Positions 9,758 through 19,460 of a stretch of 64,000 bases of DNA are shown here, piece by piece. Below the pieces are notes generated by a model, which saw only the letters and a program-made list of their open reading frames with translations, was not told where the DNA came from and ran no database searches. This DNA comes from an uncultured Gemmatimonadota bacterium (GTDB lineage Bacteria > JAAXHH01): positions 608,001-672,000 of the forward strand of contig OX638340.1 of the NCBI GenBank assembly GCA_951812955.1. Reading direction: 5' to 3'. Each line of letters starts with the position of its first letter. Within the stretch, counting starts at the first letter, position 1. The position numbers and the translations under genes were made by a program.

Positions 9758-10915
9758 CTAGCGTTGAAGCACGGTGACACAGGTTATATCATCCGACTGC
9801 GCCGTCTCCCCCGCGAAATCATGAACCGCTTTGAACACGGCCTTGTTCGCTTCTTCCGTGGTGGCGGGAGGGGAATCCGAGAATACCGCCTGCAGGCGAT
9901 CCATACCGAATTCCTCGCCGTCGGCGTTCATGGCTTCGGTAACTCCGTCCGTGTAGAGCACAAGCAAATCGCCGGGCGAGACCGAGATGGCAGACTGGCC
10001 AAACTCGACGCCGGGGAAGACCCCGAGGGCCATCCCGTCGGTTCCGGGGAGCAGGGTCGAAGAGCCATCGGGATGGACTACGAGCGGGGGATTGTGTCCT
10101 CCATTGGCGTAGTCGACCTGGCCGGTTTCGGGGGTGTACACCGCGTAGAACGTGGTGACGAACATAGCCGCTTCGTTTTCTTCAGTAAGGAGATCGTTGA
10201 CTTCCTTCAATACGGCGCCGGGATCCATGGCCCCGATTGCCGATCCCTTCAGCAGGGTCCGGCTCGACATCATGAACAGGGCCGCCGGCACGCCCTTGTC
10301 GGATACATCGGCGATGGCCAGGCCGATTCTACCGCCAGGCAAGGGAAAGACGTCGAAAAAATCGCCGCCGACTTCTCGGGCGGGCTCCATGTTCGCGAAG
10401 ATCGTGCAGTGATCGGAATCGGGAAACTCGGTCGGCAGAATCGACTGCTGCATCTTGCTGGCCACGTTCAGTTCGTTCTGCAGCCGAACCAGCTTATCCC
10501 GCGACTCCAGGGCTTCGCGCCATTCCTCCATGTTCTTCAGGGTGCGTTCGATGGTTACACGAAGGTCCTGGAAATCGATAGGCTTGGTAATGAAGTCGAA
10601 AGCACCCCGGTTCATGGCCGTCCGGATGTTCTTCATGTCCCCGTATGCGGATACCACGACGGCGCGGATGTCGGGGGCGATGTTCGGTATCTGCGCCAAC
10701 AGGGTCAGACCGTCCATCCTGGGCATGTTGATATCCGATAACACCATATCGATATCGGGGATCTCGCTCAGACGTTCCAGGGCTTCCACGCCGTTCTGGG
10801 CGAAAAACAGGGTGTATTGGCCGGAACGGACATCACGGCGCAATCGCTGACGCATGAGGTGTTCGAGATCCGGCTCATCGTCCACTACAAGGATTTTATA
10901 CGGTGTCTGCGTCAT
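9758..10915 (-). CDS. Response-regulator receiver fused to a PP2C/SpoIIE serine phosphatase (RsbU-like phosphatase of a partner-switching system).
   Basis: Receiver motifs ILVVDDEPD...DMVLSDINMPRMDG...TKP. PP2C motifs (GGDFFDV, AIADVSDKGVPAALFM, YTDGVTEA, ITCVTVLQ). Confidence 0.8.
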   Translation of the reverse strand: MTQTPYKILVVDDEPDLEHLMRQRLRRDVRSGQYTLFFAQNGVEALERLSEIPDIDMVLSDINMPRMDGLTLLAQIPNIAPDIRAVVVSAYGDMKNIRTAMNRGAFDFITKPIDFQDLRVTIERTLKNMEEWREALESRDKLVRLQNELNVASKMQQSILPTEFPDSDHCTIFANMEPAREVGGDFFDVFPLPGGRIGLAIADVSDKGVPAALFMMSSRTLLKGSAIGAMDPGAVLKEVNDLLTEENEAAMFVTTFYAVYTPETGQVDYANGGHNPPLVVHPDGSSTLLPGTDGMALGVFPGVEFGQSAISVSPGDLLVLYTDGVTEAMNADGEEFGMDRLQAVFSDSPPATTEEANKAVFKAVHDFAGETAQSDDITCVTVLQR

Positions 10916-11007
10916 CGCATCCCTGGACGCCGGCGCATCCGTTCGCTATCGACGCGCCCGGCATTTGAGCAGGTTTCTACCGTGAAGCGATCGGCCCGCA
11001 CGGCTAC

Positions 11008-11346
11008 TTACTGACCGATCTTATCCACGGCTTCCGCCTGGGTATCGTGGATGGAAATGATCTTGTCAAATCCGCTGATTTCGAAGACTTCACGGATCGG
11101 GTCCGACAGGGAGCACAGCGCGAAAGCGGCATTCCGCTTCTGAAGCAATCTAGCGATCAGCAGGATGACCCTCAGCCCGGCGCTGCTTATATAGGACAGC
11201 GCTCCGAAATCAAGCAACACCTTGCTGTCGTCTTCCGCAATGGCGCCGTTAAGCGCATCCTCGAATTCCCGGGCGTTCGCACCGTCGATTCGACCTTCAA
11301 CCTTCGCAATCAGTACCTCGTTTGCTCGGTCGACACTGATCTCCAT
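11008..11346 (-). CDS. STAS-domain anti-sigma-factor antagonist (SpoIIAA/RsbV-like).
   Basis: 112 aa. The conserved phosphorylatable Ser context is LDFGALSYISSAGLRVIL, matching the DSSGL motif. A strong SD (AGGGGGA) lies 9 nt before the ATG. Confidence 0.8.
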   Translation of the reverse strand: MEISVDRANEVLIAKVEGRIDGANAREFEDALNGAIAEDDSKVLLDFGALSYISSAGLRVILLIARLLQKRNAAFALCSLSDPIREVFEISGFDKIISIHDTQAEAVDKIGQ

Positions 11347-11485
11347 GAAACCATCCCCCTTTATCAGGTTTATAAAATCACCCTATTTGGCAAAAAGGCT
11401 TTATGTACTCCAATGGTAAAACTCGGTTGCGTATCCGGCAGGTGACCCATTGCCGGCCTGATCAATTCCCTGATACGGTACCTAC

Positions 11486-12277
11486 CTATCCCGAGGCGAG
11501 AATGGGATGCAACGGTCCACCGAACGGCTCGCCCGGTTTCAGTGTCTGGTCGCCTCCTGCGTCCCATCGGCCGTTGTAGTTCACGTATTCGGGAATATAG
11601 ATGATCGCCAGGGCTCTCCTGGGCGAATCGGTACGGTTCGATGTGGCGTAATGGAACGTGCATCCGTGATGAAAGGTGACGCCGCCTGCTTCCATTTCCA
11701 TTATGACGGGTTCAACCTCGTCATCGACGTCCGTACCTTCGATTTCTTTCAGTACGCTCGCACCCTCCGTACTCAAGGGCACGGGCGCCAGCCGGCCGTA
11801 TTGGTGCGAGCCTGGTATGAACTGCATGCAGCCGTTGTCTACAGTGACATCGTCCACGGCGATCCAGGCCGACAGCGCACCCACCTGCTCCATGGGCCAG
11901 TAAGGAGCGTCCTGATGCCAGTTGGTTTCCTTGCTCCGCTCGCCACCAGGCTTGATCAGTCCATGGTCATGGTAGATGACCAGGCGTTTGCACTTCGATA
12001 TCTTACGGGCGATCTCCGCCAGGCGCGCGTCAAAGGAATACTTGCGGATTACTTCGTGGTCCACCCACAGGTTGACCATCTGGTTGAATACGCGGTTGTA
12101 ATCCTCGTCCGTTTCACGCCCGCCGCCCAGTATGCGTTCCCTCTTCTCCGCTACCGTTTTGTCCAGCGCTTCTCTCAGTTCCGTCACTTCATCCTTCGAG
12201 AAGAACCTCGGAATCCGGAGATAACCATTCTCCTGAAAAAACTCAACCTCTTCGGCGCCAATGTGATTTGGATTCAT
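11486..12277 (-). CDS. PhyH-family Fe(II)/2-oxoglutarate-dependent dioxygenase (paralog 1 of 4).
   Basis: HxD facial-triad motif in WHQDAPYW and a distal His in FHHGCTFH. 263 aa. Confidence 0.7.
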   Translation of the reverse strand: MNPNHIGAEEVEFFQENGYLRIPRFFSKDEVTELREALDKTVAEKRERILGGGRETDEDYNRVFNQMVNLWVDHEVIRKYSFDARLAEIARKISKCKRLVIYHDHGLIKPGGERSKETNWHQDAPYWPMEQVGALSAWIAVDDVTVDNGCMQFIPGSHQYGRLAPVPLSTEGASVLKEIEGTDVDDEVEPVIMEMEAGGVTFHHGCTFHYATSNRTDSPRRALAIIYIPEYVNYNGRWDAGGDQTLKPGEPFGGPLHPILASG

Positions 12278-12501
12278 GTTAACGTAGAACCCGGGATTTA
12301 ATCGAATAAATCATATATAATCCTGGTCAACACAAATCAACAATAATAAACGTTTCAATGTCACAATCCGCACAAATCAAGTAATTTAACATTCGGTCTA
12401 TATTTATCAACCCTTTTCAAGTAGAAAGGGATATTTTACTTTATTGAACCGTACCGAAAACGCTTCGAATTTCGAATTCGTACCGCCGCAAGGAGCCGAC
12501 C

Positions 12502-13479
12502 ATGCCGCAAGACCGTTATCAAATCGGTGTCCAGGACTATATCGACTACCACCGGGATGGCTACCTGGTTGCCCGGGGACTCGTACCCGACACGGAAGTG
12601 GAGGAAATCCGCCGCCATACCGAGGAACTGATGCATGGCAGGATCATCATCGACGGTGTTGAGCCACCGCCGCCTGGCCTTACTCCCGAGCAGATGGGGC
12701 AGCACTGGCTGCGTATACACATGCTCCACCGGAAGCATGAACTGCATGAACGGTACCTGCTGCAACCCCGGATTCTGGATGTGCTAGAAGCCCTGATCGG
12801 TCCCGATGTGTCGGCGCTCCAGACCATGTTGTTTCTCAAGCCGCCGGGACGTGAGGGCCAGGGTTACCACCAGGACGCCTACTATATCCCCACCTATCCC
12901 GATACGCTGATCGGTTCGTGGCTGGCCGTGGATCCGGCGGATGAAGAGAATGGCTGCATGAAGGTCATACCGGGATCACACCATGAACCAATCTATCCGG
13001 ACGAAAACAAGCTGGGCCAAAACCATACCGACGGATCCATCGAGGATCTTGCCGTGATCGCGGGCGCCAGCGCGACGGATGAATCCGTGAACGGACTGAC
13101 GCCTGTCGCGGCAAAATACGGTGGCCGCGAGGTGGCTGCCTGCATGGCCCCGGGCGACGTCCTGTTCTTCCACAGCCATCTCCTGCACCGGTCGCACGCC
13201 AACCGGACGCAGACGCGTTTCCGCAGGGCCTTTGTAAGCCACTATTGTAACGCGAGGTCATTGGTGCCGTGGAACCACGGCGCCGAATTCGAGGGGACGA
13301 CCGCGAACAATCTCCATATCCTCGCCCGGGGAAATACTCACCTTGACTACGCGTTGCCGAAGTTCGGCACCCCGTGCGACGCGCTCAATCCCAGGGAGAC
13401 GGCCCGGGGTGTCCGCCCGGCGCGCATGATGGGCGGCATGCCTGCTTCGACCGTAAAGGGTGTTATGGTAACACGCTGA
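12502..13479 (+). CDS. PhyH-family Fe(II)/2-oxoglutarate-dependent dioxygenase (paralog 2), divergent from paralog 1.
   Basis: GYHQDAYY (HxD) and FHSHLLHRS (distal His). 325 aa. Confidence 0.7.
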   Translation: MPQDRYQIGVQDYIDYHRDGYLVARGLVPDTEVEEIRRHTEELMHGRIIIDGVEPPPPGLTPEQMGQHWLRIHMLHRKHELHERYLLQPRILDVLEALIGPDVSALQTMLFLKPPGREGQGYHQDAYYIPTYPDTLIGSWLAVDPADEENGCMKVIPGSHHEPIYPDENKLGQNHTDGSIEDLAVIAGASATDESVNGLTPVAAKYGGREVAACMAPGDVLFFHSHLLHRSHANRTQTRFRRAFVSHYCNARSLVPWNHGAEFEGTTANNLHILARGNTHLDYALPKFGTPCDALNPRETARGVRPARMMGGMPASTVKGVMVTR

Positions 13480-13564
13480 TCACTGGCAGGCCGGGCCGGT
13501 GATGGCTTTTAATGTAAACGGTGACCGGAAAGATCGTTTCAACGCGGTCGGAATGCCGCATGCC

Positions 13565-14845
13565 CTAAGCCCTGAAGAGATTCCGCGCCTTGTGAATGGC
13601 GGCGATCATGACATCGATCTCTTCGGAGGTGTTGTAGAAGTAGACACTTGCGCGCGCCGTAGCGCCATAGGGCGTGCCGAGTCGCCGCATCAGCGGTTGC
13701 GCGCAGTGATGACCCGCGCGGATGGCGACCCCCTGCCGATCCAGCACGGTGGACAGATCGCTGGGATGCATGTCTTCCAGGTTGAAAGAAACGGCGCCTC
13801 CCCTGCCCGGCGCGTGGCCGTAGACGGTCAGGCCGTCAATTTCCTCGAGCCGTCCGACCATGTAGTCCGTCAGCGCTCTTTCATGGGTATGAATCTGCTC
13901 CATGCCGACAGCTTCGAGGTAATCCACCACGTCTCCGAACACGATGGCATGGGCGATATTCGGGGTGCCTGCTTCGAATTTCTCTGGTATGTCCGCACAG
14001 GTAAACCCATCGAGGCGGACTTCGTCGATCATCGATCCCCCGCCCATGTACGGATCCATGGCTTCCAGCAGTTCCTCACGCCCGTAGAGTCCGCCGATAC
14101 CGGTCGGACCGCACATCTTGTGGCCGGAGAAGGCAAAGAAGTCGCAATCCAGACGCTGTACGTCCACCGGCATGTGAGGAACGCTTTGCGCGGCGTCTAA
14201 GAAGACCAGCGCGCTGGCCTGGCGGGCCCGCGTTACGATGTCGTCGATGGGGTTGACGGTACCGAGTACGTTCGACATGTGTGCGAGGGCGACGATGCGC
14301 GTCTTCTCCGAGATCAGCCGGTCCGCCTGTTCCATGTCGAGGGACCCGTCGTCTCGAATGTCGAAATACCGGATGACAGCGCCGGTTTCCTTCGCGAGCA
14401 TCTGCCAGGGCACGATATTGCTATGGTGCTCCATGACGGACAGCACGATTTCGTCCCCTGCCCGGACGTTCTTCCGGCCCCAGGCAGTGGCGACCAGGTT
14501 TATGCCTTCGGTGGTGTTGCGGACGAACACCAGGTTCCGGGCCGGCGCGTTGATGAATCGAGCCACTCGCTCCCGGGCGCCTTCGTAGGCATTGGTCGCT
14601 TCCTCGCTGAGCGTGTGGAGGCCGCGGTGTACATTGGCGTTGAGCCTGGTATAGTAATCGTCGAGGGCGTCGAGTACGACCCGGGGTTTCTGCGACGTCG
14701 CGCTGTTGTCCAGGTAGACCAGCGGTTTCCCGTGTATCCTGCGATCTAGAATTGGAAAATCACCGCGGTACCGCAGGGCGTGTTCGTCCGACCGGCGTAC
14801 CGCTTCATCCAGTTCTCGTGGCGTCTCAACCAGCGTTTCCGACAT
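13565..14845 (-). CDS. sufS: Cysteine desulfurase SufS (class V aminotransferase, group II).
   Basis: PLP-Lys context FSGHKMCGPTGIGGLYG. SufS active-site signature RAGHHCAQP. The ORF extends to 14890, but the ATG at 14845 (MSETLV) avoids overlap with the upstream gene. Confidence 0.9.
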   Translation of the reverse strand: MSETLVETPRELDEAVRRSDEHALRYRGDFPILDRRIHGKPLVYLDNSATSQKPRVVLDALDDYYTRLNANVHRGLHTLSEEATNAYEGARERVARFINAPARNLVFVRNTTEGINLVATAWGRKNVRAGDEIVLSVMEHHSNIVPWQMLAKETGAVIRYFDIRDDGSLDMEQADRLISEKTRIVALAHMSNVLGTVNPIDDIVTRARQASALVFLDAAQSVPHMPVDVQRLDCDFFAFSGHKMCGPTGIGGLYGREELLEAMDPYMGGGSMIDEVRLDGFTCADIPEKFEAGTPNIAHAIVFGDVVDYLEAVGMEQIHTHERALTDYMVGRLEEIDGLTVYGHAPGRGGAVSFNLEDMHPSDLSTVLDRQGVAIRAGHHCAQPLMRRLGTPYGATARASVYFYNTSEEIDVMIAAIHKARNLFRA

Positions 14846-14867
14846 AGATCCCTTACCAGCCAGGTGT

Positions 14868-15182
14868 TCAGTAGTCGATGCCAAGTTCAAGCTTGGCGTC
14901 TTCGGTCATCATGTCGATATGCCAGGTCGGTTCCCAGACGATCTCGATCAGCGCGTCCGAGACCTGTTCCAGGTCCTTCACCTTGGTCTCCACCTCGGCG
15001 GGGAGCGACTGGGCCGCCGGACAGTTCGGCGAGGTGAGCGTCATCTTGATGTTCGTCATACCGTCCTGTTGCACGTCGATCTCGTAGATCAGTCCCATTT
15101 CGTAGATGTTGACCGGGATCTCGGGATCGTAACACGACTTCAATACGTCCACGATCTGCTCTTTAACGGCATCCGTATCCAT
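14868..15182 (-). CDS. DUF59 / MIP18-family Fe-S assembly protein (SufT-like).
   Basis: 104 aa. DUF59 motifs (VLKSCYDPEIPVNIYEMGLIY...TLTSPNCPAAQSL). Embedded between sufD and sufS. Confidence 0.7.
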   Translation of the reverse strand: MDTDAVKEQIVDVLKSCYDPEIPVNIYEMGLIYEIDVQQDGMTNIKMTLTSPNCPAAQSLPAEVETKVKDLEQVSDALIEIVWEPTWHIDMMTEDAKLELGIDY

Positions 15183-15213
15183 CCATAGACTCCTGTAAGC
15201 GTGAATGCGCCGG

Positions 15214-16584
15214 TTATCTTCCCGCCTTGTCCCTGGCCAACGAAAGATCCCGGATCGTGGTCTCGAAAAGCGTATCCAGCGAGGACCTGACCGCGTCGAT
15301 CCTGAGACGCCGTATCAGGTCCGCCGCAAACCCGTAGGTGAGTAGACTGCATGCGCTGTCGTGTGACAGACCGCGGGTTCGCAGGTAGAAAATCTGGTCT
15401 TCGTCGAGCTGGCCCACGGTGGCGCCATGGGTGCATTTCACCTGGTCCGCGTAGATTTCGAGCTGCGGCTTGGTGTGTATCATCGCATCGGGCGACAGCA
15501 TCAGATTCTTGTTCAGTTGCTTGGCATCCGTTTCCTGGGCGTCCTGGTGGACGAACACTTTGCCGTTGAATACTCCGCGCGACCGGCCTTCAAGGATGCC
15601 CTTGTAAACCTCGTAGCTATCGCAGTTGGGTACGGCATGATCAATCGCGGTGTGATTGTCCACATGCTGATTTCCCGTAACCAGGAACAGTCCGTTCATG
15701 CGAACCACCGCGTGCTCGCCGTCAAGTCGGGCATTGGTGTCGTTGCGGGTCAACGCGCCGCCCATGCACATGTTGAAGGTTGAGATCCGGCCGTTCCCTT
15801 CCAGGTGCAGTTGTGTGGTGGAAAGGTGCGCGGCTCCGGCGCCTTCCCGGTTGATCCGGTAGTGATCCACGTTGCCGTCCCGGCCCACGGCGATCTCAGT
15901 CACCGCGTTGGTCAGGTAAGCCTGTTCGGTGAGCCCGGTATAGCTTTCGACCACTTTGAGGCTCGCGCCGTCGCCCGCCGCGATGAGCGTACGCGGCTGC
16001 GTGGCCAATGGCGTATCATGACCGGCGGTGACGTAGTGGACGTGCACGGGCGTTTCAAGGTGCCCGCCACGGGGTACATAAACGAACAGCCCATTCTCGA
16101 AGAGTGCCGAGTTCAAGGCCGTCAGGCCGGTTCGTTCAAACTCGGCATATCGTGCAAGGTGAGGACGAACCAACTCCGGGTGTTCGACCAGCGCTTCGGC
16201 AAGGGTGCTCACCACGGCGCCACCGGGCAGGCCGTCTACACGCGACAACGCGGGCGAGAACACACCGTTCACAAAAACCAGCCGGTGCCAGTCGTCCTGA
16301 CCGAATTCGTAAGGCGCAAGCGCGGCCTCATCGAGTCGAGCTTCTACCGGCCCTGCGTGATAGGATGTTTCCGCGATGCCTCGAAGATCGGTGTATACCC
16401 AGTCTTCCCTGAGCGGGAAGGCAATCTCACGTGCGACCGGCATCCCCAGTTCCCTGAAGTGCGCCATGGCATCCGAGCGAAGCCGGTGCAGCCACAACGG
16501 CGCGTCCTGGGACAGGACACGGTCGAAAGCATCATAGAACGTGGTGTAACGAGCCGTCTCTGCCTGTTTTATTGCTTCTGTCAT
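15214..16584 (-). CDS. sufD: Fe-S cluster assembly protein SufD.
   Basis: SufBD beta-helix domain. Start chosen at the internal ATG (MTEAIKQ), which gives a 28-nt gap to sufC. The longer ORF would overlap sufC. Confidence 0.8.
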   Translation of the reverse strand: MTEAIKQAETARYTTFYDAFDRVLSQDAPLWLHRLRSDAMAHFRELGMPVAREIAFPLREDWVYTDLRGIAETSYHAGPVEARLDEAALAPYEFGQDDWHRLVFVNGVFSPALSRVDGLPGGAVVSTLAEALVEHPELVRPHLARYAEFERTGLTALNSALFENGLFVYVPRGGHLETPVHVHYVTAGHDTPLATQPRTLIAAGDGASLKVVESYTGLTEQAYLTNAVTEIAVGRDGNVDHYRINREGAGAAHLSTTQLHLEGNGRISTFNMCMGGALTRNDTNARLDGEHAVVRMNGLFLVTGNQHVDNHTAIDHAVPNCDSYEVYKGILEGRSRGVFNGKVFVHQDAQETDAKQLNKNLMLSPDAMIHTKPQLEIYADQVKCTHGATVGQLDEDQIFYLRTRGLSHDSACSLLTYGFAADLIRRLRIDAVRSSLDTLFETTIRDLSLARDKAGR

Positions 16585-16612
16585 TTCGTGTTCCCGTTCT
16601 CCCTGTGATCGC

Positions 16613-17377
16613 TTAACCGGCTGCTTCCACTTCCTCCCGAATCCACTCGTAACCTCGTTCTTCCAGCTGGAGAGCGAGGTCTTTTTCACCAGACTTGACG
16701 ATCCGGCCCTCGTACATGACGTGCACGTAGTCCGGCACCACGTAATCCAGCAGTCGCTGGTAGTGGGTGATGACGATCATCGCATTGTCGGCTGATCGCT
16801 GCTGGTTGATCCCGCGCGCCACGATCCGCATGGCATCGATGTCCAGGCCGGAATCGGTCTCGTCCAGTATGGACAGAGTCGGCTCGAGCACGGCCATGTG
16901 GAAGATCTCGTTGCGTTTCTTCTCGCCGCCGGAGAAGTCCTCGTTCACCGGCCGCCTCGCCAGATCGGGGTCCATGTCGACCTGCTTCATCTTTTCGTTC
17001 ATCAACCGGCGGAACGCACCAGCGCTCATCTCCGACTCGCCCCGGTACTTCAGGCGCTCGTTCAGCGCGGCCCGCAGGAAGTAGGCATTGCTTACGCCGG
17101 GAATCTCGACGGGATACTGAAAGGCCAGGAACATGCCCTCGTTAGCCCGCTCCTCGGGTGTCAGCTCGAAGAGGTCCTTGCCATGGAACCGTACCGTGCC
17201 ACCGGTCTCCGCGTATTCCTCGTGGCCGGCCAGGATTTTGCCCAGGGTACTTTTGCCGGATCCGTTGGGACCCATGATCGCGTGCACCTCGCCCCGGTTG
17301 ACCGTCAGGTCGATCCCGTTTATGATGTCCAGGTCCTTGATGCCGCCGCGCAGATTTCTGATTTCCAGTAATGCCAT
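16613..17377 (-). CDS. sufC: Fe-S cluster assembly ATPase SufC.
   Basis: Walker A GPNGSGKST. ABC signature FSGGEKKR. 254 aa. Confidence 0.9.
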   Translation of the reverse strand: MALLEIRNLRGGIKDLDIINGIDLTVNRGEVHAIMGPNGSGKSTLGKILAGHEEYAETGGTVRFHGKDLFELTPEERANEGMFLAFQYPVEIPGVSNAYFLRAALNERLKYRGESEMSAGAFRRLMNEKMKQVDMDPDLARRPVNEDFSGGEKKRNEIFHMAVLEPTLSILDETDSGLDIDAMRIVARGINQQRSADNAMIVITHYQRLLDYVVPDYVHVMYEGRIVKSGEKDLALQLEERGYEWIREEVEAAG

Positions 17378-17434
17378 GTTACGTTCCGTCTCCCGTTAAT
17401 GTATTGAACAGATTCCCGACTGCCGTCCGCTCCG

Positions 17435-18868
17435 TTAGCCTACGCTGCCTTCCAAGCTGATCCCCAGCAGCTTCTTCGCCTCCACGGCGAATTCCATGGG
17501 CAGTTCCTGAAACACTTCCTTGCAGAACCCGTTGATAATCATGGAAATGGCGTCTTCCGTGGATATGCCCCGGGTCTTGCAGTAGAATAACTGGTCTTCG
17601 CTGATCCGCGCCGTAGACGCTTCGTGTTCCACGCTCGCGGTGTTATTGCCCACGTCGATATAGGGGAAGGTGTGGGCACCGCAGCGGTCGCCGATGAGCA
17701 TCGAATCGCACTGGGTATAGTTCTTGGCTCCATCGGCCTTCTTCAGTACCTGGATCCGGCCCCGGTATACGTTCTGGCCGTTTCCGGCGGATATCCCTTT
17801 CGATACCACCGTGCTGCGCGTGTCCTTTCCCACGTGGATCATCTTGGTTCCCGTATCGGCCACCTGCTTGTTGCGGGTCAGCGCCACGGAATAGAACTCG
17901 CCGATCGAATGGTCGCCCTGCAGGATCACGCTGGGGTACTTCCAGGTGATGGCGGACCCCGTTTCCACCTGCGTCCAGGAGATCTTGGCGTTGTCCCCCT
18001 TGCAGATTCCGCGCTTGGTCACGAAGTTGTATACGCCGCCCTTTCCCTCTTCATTGCCGGGATACCAGTTCTGCACCGTGGAGTACTTGATCTGGGCGTC
18101 CTTCAGCGCAACCAGTTCCACGACGGCCGCGTGCAGTTGATTCTCGTCGCGCATCGGCGCGGTACAACCCTCGAGGTAGCTGACGTAGGAGCCCTCGTCG
18201 GCAATGATCAGCGTACGCTCGAATTGTCCCGTTCCGGCCGTGTTGATCCGGAAATAGGTGGACAGTTCCATGGGACACCGTACGCCGGGAGGGATGTAGC
18301 AGAAGGAACCGTCGCTGAAGACGGCCGAGTTCAGCGATGCAAAGTAGTTGTCCCTGTAGGGCACCACGGTACCCAGGTACTTCTCCACCAGGTCGGGATG
18401 TTCCTGCGCCGCTTCCGAGAAGGAACAGAAGATGATGCCCAGTTCTGCCAGCTTGTCCTTGAAGGTCGTGTGGACCGACACGCTGTCGAAAACCGCGTCC
18501 ACGGCCACGCCCGCTAGCATCTTCTGTTCCTCCAGCGGTATACCGAGCTTGTTGTAGGTTTCCAGCAGCTCGGGATCCACCTCGTCAAGGCTGTTGAATT
18601 CCGGCGTGTTCTTCGGCGCGGCGTAATAGACGATGTTCTGGTAATCGACCGGCGGATAGGCCATGTACTGCCAGTTGGGCTCCTTCATCTTGAGCCAGTG
18701 GCGATACGCCTTCAGACGCCATTCCAGCAGGAACCCGGGCTCATTCTTCTTTGCGGATATGAACCGGACTATATCCTCGTTGAGTCCCGGCGGCGCCGTT
18801 TCCATCTCGATATCGGTAACCCAGCCTTCTTTGTATTCCTGTTGGGCCAGGGTCTCAATGGCTTCCAT
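17435..18868 (-). CDS. sufB: Fe-S cluster assembly scaffold SufB.
   Basis: 477 aa. Characteristic SufB N-terminus ([28 protein letters not shown]) and the C-terminal SufBD domain. Confidence 0.9.
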   Translation of the reverse strand: MEAIETLAQQEYKEGWVTDIEMETAPPGLNEDIVRFISAKKNEPGFLLEWRLKAYRHWLKMKEPNWQYMAYPPVDYQNIVYYAAPKNTPEFNSLDEVDPELLETYNKLGIPLEEQKMLAGVAVDAVFDSVSVHTTFKDKLAELGIIFCSFSEAAQEHPDLVEKYLGTVVPYRDNYFASLNSAVFSDGSFCYIPPGVRCPMELSTYFRINTAGTGQFERTLIIADEGSYVSYLEGCTAPMRDENQLHAAVVELVALKDAQIKYSTVQNWYPGNEEGKGGVYNFVTKRGICKGDNAKISWTQVETGSAITWKYPSVILQGDHSIGEFYSVALTRNKQVADTGTKMIHVGKDTRSTVVSKGISAGNGQNVYRGRIQVLKKADGAKNYTQCDSMLIGDRCGAHTFPYIDVGNNTASVEHEASTARISEDQLFYCKTRGISTEDAISMIINGFCKEVFQELPMEFAVEAKKLLGISLEGSVG

Positions 18869-18901
18869 TTTCTCTCCTTGAAACGAATGTAACCCGCCGC
18901 G

Positions 18902-19420
18902 CTAGCGGCCTATCTTGATCGTACTGCCCATCGCCTGGTCCCGCGAGGTATCCTGGGAGACCTGCTCCACCACCTCGAGTACCTGGAATTCCGTCTGCAG
19001 CAGGTCCGACAGGGATATGTGATCGAGCACACCGGACAGGTACCGGGCCAGCACCGTCCAGACGGGACGGATGGCGCATGCGTTCAGGTGCGTGCACGCT
19101 TCCAGGTGACCGGAGAAATGTTCGCACATGTGGCTGTCCGGGCTGGTGAGCACAACCCCGTCTTCCGAACTCAGGGCGCGCATGACTTCGCCCAGCGAAA
19201 TGGTGTGCGGTTCCTTCTCCAGTGCGTAGCCACCCCTGATACCCCTTACGCTTCGTACAAGACCTGACCGCCTGAGGATCATCAGCAGTTTCGAGACGTA
19301 GTCCAGGGAAATGCCTTCCGATTCTGCGATTTGACGGCCCGTGACCGGGTCACGGGAATGGTGCCGTGCCAGCTGCAGAATGCAACGAAGGCCATATTCT
19401 TCCTGGGCGGTCACTTTCAT
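18902..19420 (-). CDS. Rrf2-family Fe-S-binding transcriptional regulator (IscR/SufR-like). First gene of the suf operon.
   Basis: N-terminal wHTH (EEYGLRCILQLARH...GRQIAESEGISLDYVSKLL). Three-Cys cluster CEHFSGHLEACTHLNAC. Confidence 0.8.
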   Translation of the reverse strand: MKVTAQEEYGLRCILQLARHHSRDPVTGRQIAESEGISLDYVSKLLMILRRSGLVRSVRGIRGGYALEKEPHTISLGEVMRALSSEDGVVLTSPDSHMCEHFSGHLEACTHLNACAIRPVWTVLARYLSGVLDHISLSDLLQTEFQVLEVVEQVSQDTSRDQAMGSTIKIGR

Positions 19421-19460
19421 GCCTTTGTCTCCTCTTTCCGTTCAATTTGCCTAACTGAAT

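Noticed and set aside
9764-10741. 325-aa plus-strand ORF antisense to the receiver-PP2C gene
   Set aside because: No recognisable domains, high Arg/Gly content, and fully contained within a well-supported gene on the other strand.
11347-11485. Sigma-54 (-24/-12) promoter upstream of the STAS gene, suggested by the nearby rpoN
   Set aside because: The only TGG...TTGC-like string (TGGTAAAACTCGGTTGC at about 11411) is on the wrong strand and has GG-GC spacing off by 2. A sigma70-like TTGCCA/TATAAA pair is present instead, but with a short 13-nt spacer. No promoter was called with confidence.
11507-12301. 264-aa plus-strand ORF antisense to PhyH paralog 1
   Set aside because: Antisense shadow ORF. 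The opposite strand carries conserved dioxygenase motifs.
13499-14200. 233-aa plus-strand ORF antisense to sufS
   Set aside because: sufS motifs (SGHK, RAGHHCAQP) are unambiguous on the minus strand. The plus-strand ORF has no signatures.
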